Assembly (NCBI GenBank): GCA_028023455.1
Contig: JAQFVV010000006.1
Location: 8,432,001 to 8,496,000, forward strand
DNA: 64,000 bases
DNA from: Epiperipatus broadwayi
Taxonomy: Eukaryota; Animalia; Onychophora
Direction of reading: 5' to 3'
Part shown: positions 13,236 through 26,225 of the stretch, piece after piece
Numbering within the stretch: the first letter of the stretch is position 1
Layout of the letters: every line of letters begins with the position of its first letter
The notes under the pieces: generated by a model
What the model was told of the DNA's origin: nothing
Database searches by the model: none
The model's input: only the letters and a program-made list of their open reading frames with translations
Translations under genes and position numbers: made by a program

Positions 13236-14448
13236 GTAATATTTTATTTTGCCTTTGGAGGACTATAAAAGATATTTGCCCAGGGGTGAACTACTTCGAA
13301 GCAATTTTCCTTTTATGCTTGTTACAAATTACTTATCAGTGAATATCTCTTTTCTGCAATGATAGTAAAAGTGATATATAATAAACTAATTCAAAGGTTG
13401 ACGTTCTCAAATTTAAATTACATGATAACAGTCTGCCAATATGCTATCAAAGCAACTCCTTTAAGTAAAAAATGGAATCCACTTTTCACTTTGGTCTAAA
13501 TTTTTAATAAATAAAATTGTTAACTGATTGAGATTTTTTAATTGATAGAAATTTAAATAAGCCTCATTAAATAGGTATATATATATATATCAATAAAATT
13601 TATTTCAACCAATCTGTAATGGAAGTTTTTATTTAGTTTACATCTATTTAGATTAAATGGAATTCAATAATATTAAAAAGTGCTGGTGGCAAATTTAAAA
13701 TGTTTGGGAATGGAAAATGGTTATGAAAGTAAATGAAATTACTTCTGATTTTTTATAATTATTGGCAATGTAATAACAGTTAATTATTAATTTATAATGA
13801 CTATTTTTATTTGCTTTATTTATATATACATGTTGAAATGAAAAATTTTATGGGCAAAAAAATCTTTTATAAATCATGTTTTTAGGAACAATTATGTTTA
13901 ATAAAATAAAAGTAAAATACCGACATTTCTGCAAGATACAATCATCAGAAAAGCACAATAAACAAACATTCAAACATCCTCAGTACTTATTCTTGGTGTT
14001 TTTGACACTGGCTGTTGCATACGTTTCTCAAATATTAAAATCATAACCACATGTAACAATCACCATCAAAGAATAGGAAGGCTGTAGAAATTTTGAAAAA
14101 TCAAATTATATTAATAAATATGATGAAACAATAAAATTATAATCAGAGTTTCCTCACTCGTATGAAAAATAAATAAATAAATAAATTTAAGAAAAACTAC
14201 TCAACAACCACATGACCCTATTATTTCTACAACAATACCATGATTATTACCTATTCACTTTATTAAACACGATTTGAAACACATAGGTATGTAAATAGTC
14301 AAAATAAGAGTCACAGATCACATGACCCTACCCCTCAAGCTTGTAAGTTATAAACAATGAGGATTGCCAATTCCTCTACACGCCTTATGATAAATGCTTA
14401 GCCAGAGCCAGCACATAAAATATCTCTTGTCAGGAACCCCCTCCCAAA

Positions 14449-14489
14449 CCTCTGACCATGGTTTCGTGCTTTCGCACTCCTCAGAGAGG
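14449..14489 (-). ncRNA. Minimal type-I hammerhead ribozyme (family B), canonical
   Basis: Minus strand reads CCTCT-CTGAGGA-GTGC GAAA GCAC-GAAA-CCATGG-TC-AGAGG: 5-bp stem I, full core, G-C closed stem II with GNRA loop, palindromic stem III, GUC cleavage triplet. Confidence 0.93.
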
Positions 14490-14852
14490 TGTCAGGGTAG
14501 GTTCAGACCCTAGATTTAAAAAGACCAACTCAAAGCCAAGCACTTATCTAAAAGTTATCTCATTGTTTATAACTTACAATCTTAAGAGATAGGGTCATGT
14601 GACCTATGACTCTTATTTTGACTATTTATAGTCTCTGCCATAAGTCTTACGCAATTTTATATTGCTAAGACTACTAATATATGGTATGGCTGAAGATCTA
14701 TCAGCACCATATAGCTATTTGAGTTGATAGCTGGGTTTGAAGACATGTAGATGTCTGACAATTTCAGATTTTCCACTCAATAGATAACTTTTAGATAAGT
14801 GCTTGGCTTTGGCTTGGTATTTTTAGATCTAGTGTCTGAACCTACCCTGACA

Positions 14853-14893
14853 CCTCTCTGAGGAGTGTCAAAGCATGAAACCATGGTCAGAGG
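14853..14893 (+). ncRNA. Minimal type-I hammerhead ribozyme (family B), second copy
   Basis: CCTCT-CTGAGGA-GTGT CAAA GCAT-GAAA-CCATGG-TC-AGAGG. Both stem II stem changes remain pairable as G-U wobbles. Confidence 0.88.
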
Positions 14894-15339
14894 TTTGGGA
14901 TGGGGTTCCTGACAGAGATATTTTAAGTGCTGGCTCTGACTAAGCATTTATCATAAAGCTTGTAGAGGAATTGGCAATCCTCATTGTTTACATAGGTATG
15001 TCATAGCACATACTTTACAAACAATCCACAAAATATTCAAAATATATTCTTCCAATATGTCGCCATGATTCTGGTACACAGTACTGAAATCGCTTGGCAA
15101 ATAGTTTTTTGTGATTAAGGTTTTTTGAATTTTAGCTACTCTATTTATCACACTTTATACATAAAGAATAATCTTCAAAAGTGAATAATTGATGTCAATG
15201 GTATGAAACAAAGAGAAGTGACATTCTTCATTCATCAGCAACAGAATAAACTTTACATTTTTATTAAAGTAATCGGTTCTTTATGGCATTTATTAGTCCT
15301 CAACTTTGGCTTCTGTATTACAGTAATTATAATTTTCAA

Positions 15340-16225
15340 TTTTATTTGCTAGTGAAGAGATTGTATGTAATTTTTTTAAAAACAGAAGAGATTTACACCC
15401 TAGTCACATGCACTGTAATGTTATTATAATAGCTCAACAATGTCTTGTTGAGTATAGAAAATACTCTTGAACCAAAGCACAAGACAGACTTTTGGAAAGA
15501 TAAGAATGGCCATCTTATCTTTTGTACCTAAATGTAATTATATAGGCCAATCTATAGTGTCTTACTTTGAGAGTGGGAAGATGATTCTTTATTCACTTTA
15601 TATCCACTAATTTCTTTCGATATATTCACAAAATTTTTCAATTTACTACATCTCAATGTTACTAGCTCTTAGAAATTATATATCAATCTTATTTACCAGC
15701 ACAGAAATTGTATGTGATTTAAACAGAAAGAATTTACACCCTAAGCACAAGTACTATCATGTTATTGTAATAACTCAATGATGTCTTGTTGATTACTCTC
15801 AAACCAAAAGCACAAGATAGTATTTTGAAAAAATAAGAGTGGCCATCTTTTGTGCCTAAATTTAATTATAAAGGCCAATCTAAAGCATCTTAGTTTGAGA
15901 GCATGAAGATGTTTCTTTATTCACTTTACATCCATTAATTTCATTCTATATACTAACATTCACAAAATTTTTGAATTTACTATATCTTACTATTACAAAC
16001 TATTAGTAACTATGTAATATTCAATTTTATTTATAAGCACATTTTAAACATGTAGAAAATTGAAACATTTTGCAAACATTAAGATACAGAGAGAAATTAA
16101 TGGTAAAGTGAATAAAAAAACATATTCATGCTTTCAAACTAAGATGCTTTAGATTAGCCTGTATAATTAAATTTAGGTGCAAAAGATGACTGCCACCCTT
16201 TTAAAAAGTCTCTATCTTGTGTTTG
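15340..16225. repeat. Two diverged ~335-bp direct repeats followed by a partial inverted copy (family G)
   Basis: ATTTACACCCTA...GGCCAATCTA...TTTATTCACTTTA at ~15385 and ~15730; reverse complement at ~16085-16225. Confidence 0.75.
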
Positions 16226-16465
16226 TTTTCATATTACCCTCAGTTTAATTACACCCTGAAAATTGTGATGCCATTTATAACATTGAAAATGTGCATGGGA
16301 AATAGATCAGTCGTTTGTTGCCCTATGTAACAAAATGAAAATAAGCCCTGAAGTTGGACATCATTTGTAATTGAATAAAAATGTAAATTAAAGAAAAATG
16401 ATCCTAATTTTATAATGCCTGTAAATAAGTATTGTTCATAACCGAATAAATATAATATATTAAGC

Positions 16466-16656
16466 TAAACAAATGCTAATAAATAATCATTCAATATTTA
16501 AAATAATCCTTTATCTAATCACATATCCGAATGTTAAATTTACAAAACAAAACAATAATAAACAAATGCTAATTAATAAATAATCATTCAGTATTTAAAA
16601 TAATCCTTTATCTAATCACATATCCGAATGTTAAATTTACAAAACAAAACAATAAT
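16466..16656. repeat. Near-perfect tandem duplication, ~93-97 bp unit
   Basis: TAAACAAATGCTAAT...CATATCCGAATGTTAAATTTACAAAACAAAACAATAAT occurs twice (16466 and 16559). Confidence 0.9.
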
Positions 16657-17156
16657 GACAACCTTTATTATAGTATTATGAGTTCAAATAGTATTTTGAA
16701 TAAATAGAAAACAAACAAAATTATTGTTTGAAATACCCTAAATACGAACCTTTTTAAAAATAAATTAAAATAAAGCAATTAAATCAAATATCATTGTCTC
16801 AAAACCATGATATATGCCTAAGATAGATTTCACTTTTAATCAAATGAAACTAATAATAAATCTTTAAACAACTGAACTGTAATATACCTAACTAATCAAA
16901 CATTGCTTATAATAAAATAAATACCTATTATGATATAATCTTTTTGAGCGCCTAATACAAGTGATATACTTGAAGTTAATTTATAATCACTAAATTAAAA
17001 AAAGGAATATTTTAAATTAATATAATAGTTACTATGCTGCAGAATATAAGTTAAAACTTAGGAATGTGTAACTCTTTTATATTTGGGTATGTGAATAAAT
17101 TACTATTTGTCTAAAATTATATAATTATAAATTCATTTAAACACACATTGATTACC

Positions 17157-17336
17157 TAATATTTACTAAAGCTGTAAACCTTAAGAATATGCACATGAAA
17201 ATGTGAAGGTTAGGGACCTCTACTTAACCCTTCTCTTCTTCCAAAGTGTAAGCTTGTGGTTAAGACCTGTAGAGGTCCCTACCTTTGCATTTTCATGTGC
17301 ATATTCTTAAGGTTTACAGTGTTAGTAAATATTACT
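17157..17336. mobile_element. Family M foldback copy with asymmetric arms
   Basis: AATATTTACTAAAGCTGTAAACCTTAAGAATATGCACATGAAAATG...AGGGACCTCTAC followed by a longer reverse-complement arm ending AGTAAATATTACT. Confidence 0.8.
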
Positions 17337-19225
17337 AAAATTATATACTATTTATCATTAAATACTATACATTATAAATGAAGAGAAACTTAAAAATATA
17401 TAGTAATAATAATGATAAATATAAACAAATGACCTGAGTGGTAGTTTTTAAATACAGTATTTCCAGAACAGCATCATAGTTCTGATGTCTATATCAAATC
17501 ACAATCCAATAGTATGCCATTGATATTCAAGCACATTTCTTCAGTTCCAATATTTTGTAAATATATTCAAATAATTATTGTTGTTTATATGACAATAAAG
17601 GCACACAAACATTAATTTTTTATCCATGCTTATATGGAGAAATATCCTTTTAGAAGCAAATATTTATTTTAAAATATAACAAATTAATAGATGCTAGTTT
17701 TACCTAGAATGATATAATGGAAAATTAAACCGATTCATGTTAGTTAAAATTATTAATCAGTCCAATAAAACTATATCGGCAGATTAATGTGACTCCTGTA
17801 TACATTCTGACATTGCTAGTATTTATACTGTTATTAAAATATAGATAATATCCATTTTAAAGGATAGAAATATTCAGATGGTTTATAATGTAATGAAAGA
17901 TTTTTGGTTACTTTTCGTTTTTATAATAAATTATCACTCCTTCGATAATATTGATTTTTATCCCTGCATTTTGTCTGGTTTACGATATACTTTTAAAATG
18001 AATAAAAGAAAATCATGTAAAGAAATTTAAATGTGCTTCTACTAAAACTAAAACAGGAGAGATCGTTTTTTTTTATTCAGTCCTATTTATAACTTTTCCC
18101 ATTTACGTCATAGAAAACTATAGTAACACCCCAAATTAACTTTGGTCAATTTTAAGCAGTGTCTTTCTAATAAAAATTGTATTGAACAACAAATTAAAAT
18201 AAATACTTTTAGGATTATTATATATAAAAAAATGTACGTTACACAATACAAATACTATTTTTCATCCTAACATTAATTAAACAATCTACACCACATTTCA
18301 ATGTATTACACTGGAAATATATTTATTTCCCTAGTAAACATTTAGTTATATCGTTTATCATTTACTATAGTGAATGCAGTAACGAAAAAAGAAACAATAA
18401 CGAAAGAATAAGAATTTAATCCAAACTATATGTTTTATTATTCACATATCCATTTTCCTTTCTAAAATGAATAAAATCAGTTTACAATCTTACACGATAC
18501 AATTAATAATAAACAATTTCATACCAATATTATTGTCACCATAGCAACATAATTCAATGGTTTATAAGTTAACACACCGGCATTATCACATACTGAAACT
18601 CATCTCAAATTTCAGTAGATATAATATACATAATAAGATAAATTTAATATTTAATTTACTACTTCAATCGGCTATCAGGATAATACAGAGTGTATTTTAG
18701 GAACACTGAGAATTAATTTCCGTGGAACATACTTGCTCTCTGAGTTACCATACATTATATATATATTCCTTTATTAATTTTTTTGATTAAAAAAGATTTT
18801 ATTTATGTTAAATCCTTAACAGCAATATAATTTATTATTTTAATTTTTAAAAAAGTGTTTATTATTTAAGAACAATTTAATGACTCATGATTTCTATTGA
18901 CTGAATTTGAGATCTTTGCATAAAGTGGTAATATTAATTAATGTTAAACATAAATAAATAATTTTAATTACTTCATTGTCAATATATTCTACAAGTCTAC
19001 TTTTTATTTTTAGAATGTATATACTTTTTAAAACAAAAAAAAAAAATCAGAAGGATGTTGACTTTAACAGATGAACATTAAAGGAAATATGTGTATCTGT
19101 GATAATAGGAAGTTACATTATACTAAACATATTTTAAATAATTAAATGACTAATTATTATTTTATCTTTTTTTTTTACAATTAATTTTAAAAATAATTAT
19201 TTTGCTACTATTTCATTAACAGTTA

Positions 19226-20361
19226 AGTAATATCTACTAAGGCAATAAATCTAAAGCATGTGCGTTTGAAAACGCGAAGGTAGGGACCTCTACAGGTCTT
19301 AATCAAAGCTTACGGATTTATTGCCTTAGTATAAATATTACTTACTTAATCAATGTGCGTTAAATAAAAGACATTTATAATTAACATTTAAGATAAAAAT
19401 AAAGGAAAACGGATACTATTGCTTCATTCAATCATAATATATATATAGAATTATCTAATCTGGACATTACTTATATACTAAAACAAAATAATTCCTAAAA
19501 ACTACCCATACTAGCAATGTTCCTTCTAAGAGTAGACTAATCAAAGGTGCAGCAAAAAATATCTAAAGACACCAAAACATAGCATTTAATTGCATGTTTA
19601 TATATAGAATAATTTATATTTAATGAATATTGTACAACATAAAAAAATGCAATAATAATAATTAGCCCCTTATTTTTTCACACTGTTCTTAATGATTTCT
19701 CCAAATTTTATAAATGTTGCCTAGGTTTATCGGCTTTTTATGATATAATGCTCAATTTTTATTAAATTATCCAAATGTTTGTTATCTAGTCTATTAACAG
19801 AATTTTGGATTTTAGCGTACCCATTAAACAAAAACGACATTCACATTTGGCGCTGGAAGCTTGAAAAGTTACACAAATATCGAAAAGAACTGAAAATTCT
19901 TTATATTCTTACTTTTTTTAAAACACGTAAATAAATCATTAAATAATTTAATTATCCCACATTTTGTATTTTTCATTTAGTAATAATTTACTAAGGCTGT
20001 ATGTAACCTTAGAAATAAGCGTCTGAAAAACACGATGGTAGGGACCTCTATAGGTCTTAAAAACACAAGCTTACGCTATGAAGAAAAGAGAGAATCCTTC
20101 TTTACTTCAACCTACTTTTATATATAAATAGGTGAAGCTGAAGTGTTTTGATCTAAGAGTGTGAAGCTATTCAATACTTCACTAATTAAGTCCACAATTC
20201 TTATAATACATTAATACTCGCGAAATCTTAAGATTTACTACGAGTCAATGAAAAGATCTTATAGTAAGAAATCTGTTACGATAATTTAAAGTTGTAATTA
20301 TAAATTTTATTAAACGCCCATTATTATATTAAGTAATAATTTACTAAGGCTGTAACCTTTC
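19226..20361. mobile_element. Cluster of family M copies and fragments (19226-19343 foldback; 19980-20095; 20333-20361)
   Basis: AGTAATA(A)TTTACTAAGGC...GTAGGGACCTCTA(C/T)AGGTCTTAA motif repeated. Confidence 0.7.
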
Positions 20362-23200
20362 AAATTATCATATTGTTCTAAAATTGTACTTAAGCTTATA
20401 TGGTTTTTTATCGTTATTATTTATTATAGATTCATATTTTATAAATAAATGTTTTAGACTATCTTTTCCATGCTCTAAGTTTAAATTATTTTTCATTACA
20501 AAAAGATCCAAGGTATTTCCGTCATGTATATCTTTCTCTGGAAATTTATTATCCAAACGATTACAAAGCAGTTGAACAAATTTAAGAATGGGCGAAAGTA
20601 TTTATATAATCTTTGAAATCTTAAAATTGTTTGGAATGTCCACCTTCCAGCAGATGTTATCTAGAAATTAAGCGCTTAGTTTACTAATTTTTGCTTTTGC
20701 AAATTGGTGTGCTTCAGCTGAGGATAACTTAATCCTTCACAAAGTTTCATTTAACGTTGATAATTCCACAAAATACATTTTCAAGACTCACACATGCTAC
20801 TCGATATTGTATGTTTTTAAATTATTTATTTAACCATCAAAACATCACATGATCACCATCCTTTATGCTTACACAAGCTGTTTTTCACAGAGGCAAAATT
20901 CTCCATACAGTAGCACCACTCAGTGCAAGCCAGAGTAATTAATGGATGCAGGAAGGTTAGTGCCTAAAATCCCTATCTGGTGCCTAGTAATCCAATATTC
21001 CCAGCTATTTTCTAGCTTGTGGCTTTCGTCATCGAGGAGCCCTTGATCTGAGAGCACTGCACCTAGATCTTAGGATCTAATGCAACCCCCCAGCAGACAT
21101 CTTTTACTTTTTTAGCTAACTATAAAACACAATAATGTTTTCAAGCTAAACTCATCAGCTTGTATAGCTGTATAGATCTGAACTCAGTTCAGCATCCATA
21201 CATTTTGGTGTCTTTGGTTCTTTAATAACCAGTCATCATAATCTTATGAAACTATCAAAACATCACATGATCACTATTCTTTATGCTTACATAAGCTGTT
21301 TTTCACAGTGGTAAAACTCTCCATAGAATTGTGCAACTCAGTGCAAGCTAAAGTAATCAATGAAAATCCTTATCTAGTGTCTACTCATCCAATACTCGCA
21401 GACTAGTTTCTAGCTTGTGGCTTTCATCAATGAGGAGTCTTGGATCTGAGCACTGCACCTAGATCTTAGGATTTAATGCAACCCTCCAGCAGTCACCATT
21501 TACTTTTTTTTTTTTTAGCTAACTACAAAGCTTTGAGTTCAAAATGAAAACACAATAAGGTTTTCAAGCTAAGCTCATCAGTTTGTATAGTTGTATATTG
21601 GATGAGTAGGCACTAGATAGGGATTTTATGCCCTAATCTTCCTGCATCCATTGATTGCTCGGCTTGCACTGAGTGCACTACTGTATGGAGAGTTTTGCCA
21701 CTGTGAAAAACAGTTTGCGTAAGCATTAAGAATGGTGATCATGTAATGTTTTGATGGTTTATTATCAATCCTGCCAAATGAAATTATGGTGACTGTGGTT
21801 ACTAAAGAACCAGATGCCAAAATGTATGGATGCTGAACTGAGTTCAGATCTATACAACTATGCAAGACTGATGAGCTTAGCTTGAAAACATTATTGTGTT
21901 AGACTCAAAGCTTTATAATTAGCTAAATAGTAGAAGAGTTGCATTAGTCCTAAGATCTAGGTGCAGTGCCCTCAGATCCAAGGCTCCTCACTGATGAAAG
22001 CCACAATCTAGAAATTAGTTGGGATATATTGGATAAGTAGGTATTAGATAGGGATTTTATGCACTAACCTTCCTGCATCCATTGATTACTCTGGCTTGCA
22101 CTGAGTGGTGCTATTGTTTGCCTCTGTGAAAAATATTTATTTATTGCACCATTGGACTCTTCAACATTTTCTGTGCCATAACGTATTAATATGTCATAAT
22201 TTCTCACTAGAGCATTTAATACAAAATATCTGGATATCCGTATTTCTTCATAAGAAGTGCGAATGATATAATGTCAACTGCTGAAATGTTGGCCAATTCT
22301 TTAAATCCCTCAATAAGGGCAGATGATCTACTGAACATTGTATATGTTGTGGTTAAAAAGGTTTCAATATCCTCAACAAATGGAATCCGTTATCATGCAC
22401 TATCTACTGCCAATTTTCCTTGTAAGCCACTCAATGTTATTGAACAAAATGTGAAATATTAATTCATAGGCAAGCAATTATGCGCTTGTTTTTCTAACAT
22501 TATAGATGCTCTGTGAGAGAAAAACTTAATCAAGGTTATTCTCTTTATAAAAAATTTGTATCACTATTACAATAGAAGAATGACTATCATGTGTAATAAG
22601 TTTAATAATGCCAACAAATTTTTTCTGATAGCTGGATTCAAATTTTGATTCACCTTTTAAGTATATATTTTACTGAAATATCAGTACTTTCATCAACTAT
22701 CAAGCAATCGAATGAAGATAATGGAACTTTATCAATAATCTCCTTATATGTGACAAATTCGAAGGAATAATTTCTTGTTATGCCATGATTTGGGAATATT
22801 AACATATTTTCTTACATGATTATGCATAAATTGCATGGAAAGCATTAAAGAATTGATGACAATTTCTAGGATAACATTAGCTATTAGAATTTTAATAATG
22901 CTTTTACAGGTTTTCTTGAGTTCAGCATTTTCTAACCTGAGATTACGATATTCTGGATTTTCCTTGAAATTCTTCCATTACTTTTATTTTAGATGGCCAA
23001 TAACCGAATCACTATAAAATTTTTAGACTTAAATGTTGCTTTAAATAATCTATTTTCCATTTGTTTCATTATCGGCCGATAGTAAATTCCCTTCTGAACT
23101 TGATCGACAGCAAATTTTACAAATGAGGTCATCAGTATTGCTTCAATAATTAAAAACATCCCTAGTTCAATGAAGATGGCATTTCAGTTTCAACTGAGAG
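20350..23200 (-). pseudogene. Decayed hAT-superfamily (ZNF862-like) transposase interrupted by the family C insertion
   Basis: Minus-strand IVDESTDISV (catalytic D region), HCVAH- and EIRWLSR-like remnants, PFVEDIETFL...TMFSRSS. The coding remnant resumes left of 20833 with AEAHQFAKAKISKLSA and LCNRLDNKFPE. Many stops and frameshifts. Confidence 0.7.
20833..22133. mobile_element. Family C hammerhead-bearing multimeric repeat: ~1.8 minus units plus ~1.3 plus units, head-to-head
   Basis: Period 418 (units start 20833 and 21251). Strand switch at ~21595-21597. 10-bp TSD TATTTATTTA (20823-20832 and 22134-22143). HHR cores at 21000-21037(-), 21397-21434(-), 21987-22024(+). Confidence 0.88.
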
Positions 23201-23672
23201 GGTAAGCCATCAATCTTTAAATTCGCTTTTATTATTTTTAGAATGATTCCACAACAAATAATTAATTATAGTGGTTTCCCAAAAAGTTTCACCATTTGTA
23301 GGAACTAAAATTAAAATATTTATAGATTAATGCTTATTATCAAAATTATTTATCTGGATTCAACTTTGTCTTTAAATGTAAAAACAAATGGATAAATGCT
23401 TTGGGTATTGGAATGTCTAAAGTGTGAAAAAGCTGCTGAAAAGTGCACAGACTTTACTGCTATACAAGTGTACAGATTGGAAGGAATATTTCATACTAAT
23501 ATAATACCATATGTTTTTAAAAAATGATCCATTTATTGTTGTTAGAAATTTGTTTTCAACCTTTAAGAAAGACGATATAGTGATAGAAGTGTCACCAATT
23601 TTTAAAGTGATTCATAAACATGGACGACATTAATGAATTCAAAACTAGAATTTGAAATGAATGAAAGAATAT

Positions 23673-24213
23673 CTCTATCAAACGATAAATATAAAATAAA
23701 ATGGGTGGGAAAATACCCATTAAAATAAGATATATGAATAAAGCTATAAAAAATAAATTCAGCATCAATATCATTTTCAACCATTATCAATCCAGCATCA
23801 ATATCATTTTCAACCATTATCAATCCACTGCATAATAAAGACCTCTCCAAATTTCAATCCATCCTCTCCAATCTCTCTATCAAACGATAAATATAAAATA
23901 AAATGGGTGGGAAAATACCCATTAAAATAAGATATATGAATAAAGCTACAAAAAATAAATTCAGCATCAATATCATTTTCAACCATTATCAATCCACTGC
24001 ATAATAAAGACCTCTCCAAATTTCAATCCATCCTCTCCAATCTCTCTATCAAACGATAAATATAAAATAAAATGGGTGGGAAAATACCCATTAAAATAAG
24101 ATATATGAATAAAGCTACAAAAAATAAATTCAGCATCAATATCATTTTCAACCATTATCAATCCACTGCATAATAAAGACCTCTCCAAATTTCAATCCAT
24201 CCTCTTCAATCTC
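23673..24213 (-). repeat. Young 169-bp tandem array built from an RTE 3' terminus plus flank (3 copies)
   Basis: Near-identical units (the same ORF text recurs 169 bp apart at 23810 and 23979). Each unit contains the RTE end GGAGAGGTCTTTATTATGCAGTGGATTGATAATGGTTG. The first unit has a 31-bp internal duplication. Confidence 0.92.
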
Positions 24214-25440
24214 TAGTCTCTCTTCTTTACATGACAACAGCACTCTTCTTTATTTCACCCATTAATATCACGTGGTCTCTTTCTAGATCTTTTACGATCT
24301 CTTGAAATCCTGTTTTTTAGATATCATCATCAACTCGTACCAATCCACTGCAGGATGAAGGTCTCTCCAAGTTCAATGCATCTTCTCTGATCTTTATCAC
24401 CCCTGCACACTTTGTTATTTCATCCATCCATCTCACATGTGATCTGTTTCTGGGTCTTTTACAATCTCTTGGAATCCAGTTTAAGATTTCAGTTATCCAT
24501 CTATTATCATCTCTTCTAGCAATATGTTCAGAAATCCACTTCAGTCTCTTAATTCTTTAAACGGTGCTTATAACACCTGTTTGTTCTCTCACTCATGAAT
24601 TTCATTTTTGATCTCTTCTTCTTACTCCTAACACACATCTCTCCATACTTTATTGAGTGGCCTGAAGTCTCTATTAAGTGATCAAGCAGGACATTTGTAA
24701 TTAAAAATAGATAACAGTCATTTATTAAAAACATTCCTTTTCAAACATAATGGTATATTTCCTTTTACATTAAATTTATTCCAATCAAAAGCACTCCAAC
24801 CAAGTTTATTTCTATGATTAATTTCATCCATTATGTTTCTTACTGTAGTAATATTCTGGCCGAGATATCAGTATTGTTAATTTCTAATTCATCCATTATC
24901 AATCTTATAATTTTTCTCATTATGAGATAATCCAGTGAACATTACTTTAGTCTCTTTAATATTTACTTTTAATCCTACCGTCTTATTTTTATTTGATAAT
25001 TCTTGCAACGTTTCCTGAAGCTCTAAAATATTACTTGCAAAAACAATTAAATCATCTGCAAAATGTAGATGATTTAAATAATCTCCGTTTATTTTTATTC
25101 CCTTCCCATTTTAATCCACAAAATACTTCTTGAAAAATTTGGAGCTATGAACACATCATACACCCTTCTCAATGTCAATCTTCCTACTATCATTACATAA
25201 TCTAATTGTTACTGCTGCACTTTTATAAATATTCTTCCGAATATGACAAGATCTTGGGCCTATACCTTGATGATCCAATGATTTAATCATTGAAGAAATG
25301 CTTATGGAATCAAATGCCTTTTCCTAATCTATAAACCCCAAAGCATAATGCCAAAACATATTCATTGATCTTTTCTACAATTTCTCTCAATATTTGGATA
25401 AGATTCACTGTACTAAAACTATTTGTAAATATTAAAAGCA
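24140..25440 (-). mobile_element. RTE-clade LINE fragment (RT region to 3' end) with doubled 3' terminus
   Basis: Minus strand FID*EKAFDSI, LNHLHFADDLIVF, YLGQ, WISEHIARRDDNRW, followed by a second, diverged 3' end. Confidence 0.9.
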
Positions 25441-25800
25441 AAAATGATGAAGTTTGATATTAATTTGTATTGTGTTACATTTCTGAAAATTTATAATTCT
25501 TTATATGTTTTTATGAAATTGCATATGTAACAATAAAAAAAAAAAACAGAATGAAAAATGAATGAGTTAATTATCTTTGTAAAATAATTTAATAATTATT
25601 ATCCACACTTTAATTAAATTCATCATCATTATTATATCCATATATACTATCATCAAATACTAAACCTACTGGTATCCACTGATTACTCGAGCTTATAGCA
25701 GATGTTTCTAGAACAGAATAAAAGTGAAGCATTATTATATCAATAGATATGTTCTAAAGTTTTAGTATAATTAATTGTATTGTAATAGCATGATCTATAT

Positions 25801-26225
25801 CAGGGGTTCCCAACCTGGGGTACAGTAAATAGCAGGTAAATGTTTATGTGATTAATATATTCCAAAAATAGTTATGTTGTCAACATTTACAGGCTATTCC
25901 CTATTGATACTGTCTGTAAGCCACACTAGCAACATTTCAGGTCCCTTTTCAAATATGGACACAGTTTAAATTGCATAGACTTCTTTGTTAATGCAGGGTC
26001 CGATAACTCAAAATGCGCAGTTAAGATTCAAGATAGATAGTGAAATTTCCAGATCGGTGTCCTCTTGAGGCTTATCTGCATGGTTTCTGCACCTCCTCCG
26101 CATATGCAGTACCTAATGCACAATACCCTCTCCAGCTGTTTATTTGTTTTCATAATGAATAGAGGGTACCAGATAATTTATTAAAAGTTAATAGGCACAA
26201 AGATCAAAAAGGTTGGGAATCCCTG
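25801..26225. mobile_element. hAT (Charlie-type) MITE
   Basis: TIRs CAGGGGTTCCCAACCT / AGGTTGGGAATCCCTG; 8-bp TSD ATCTATAT/ATCTAGAT (7/8 identical, NTCTAGAN-like). Confidence 0.88.

Larger units (their letters stand above)
14293..14989. mobile_element. Family B hammerhead-bearing retro-repeat, head-to-head inverted insertion
   Basis: 12-bp TSD ACATAGGTATGT (14281-14292 and 14990-15001). Minus arm 14293-14560; plus arm is a 421-nt permuted monomer bounded by CTCATTGTTT (14559 and 14980). Confidence 0.9.

Noticed and set aside
13915-13955. Isolated minus-strand CTGATGA...GAAATGTC hammerhead-like string
   Set aside because: Stem I does not pair, and there is no second copy or TSD; chance or unrecoverably decayed.
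23592-24188. Repeated MERSLLCSGL... ORFs
   Set aside because: They are translations of the 169-bp tandem array derived from an RTE 3' end.
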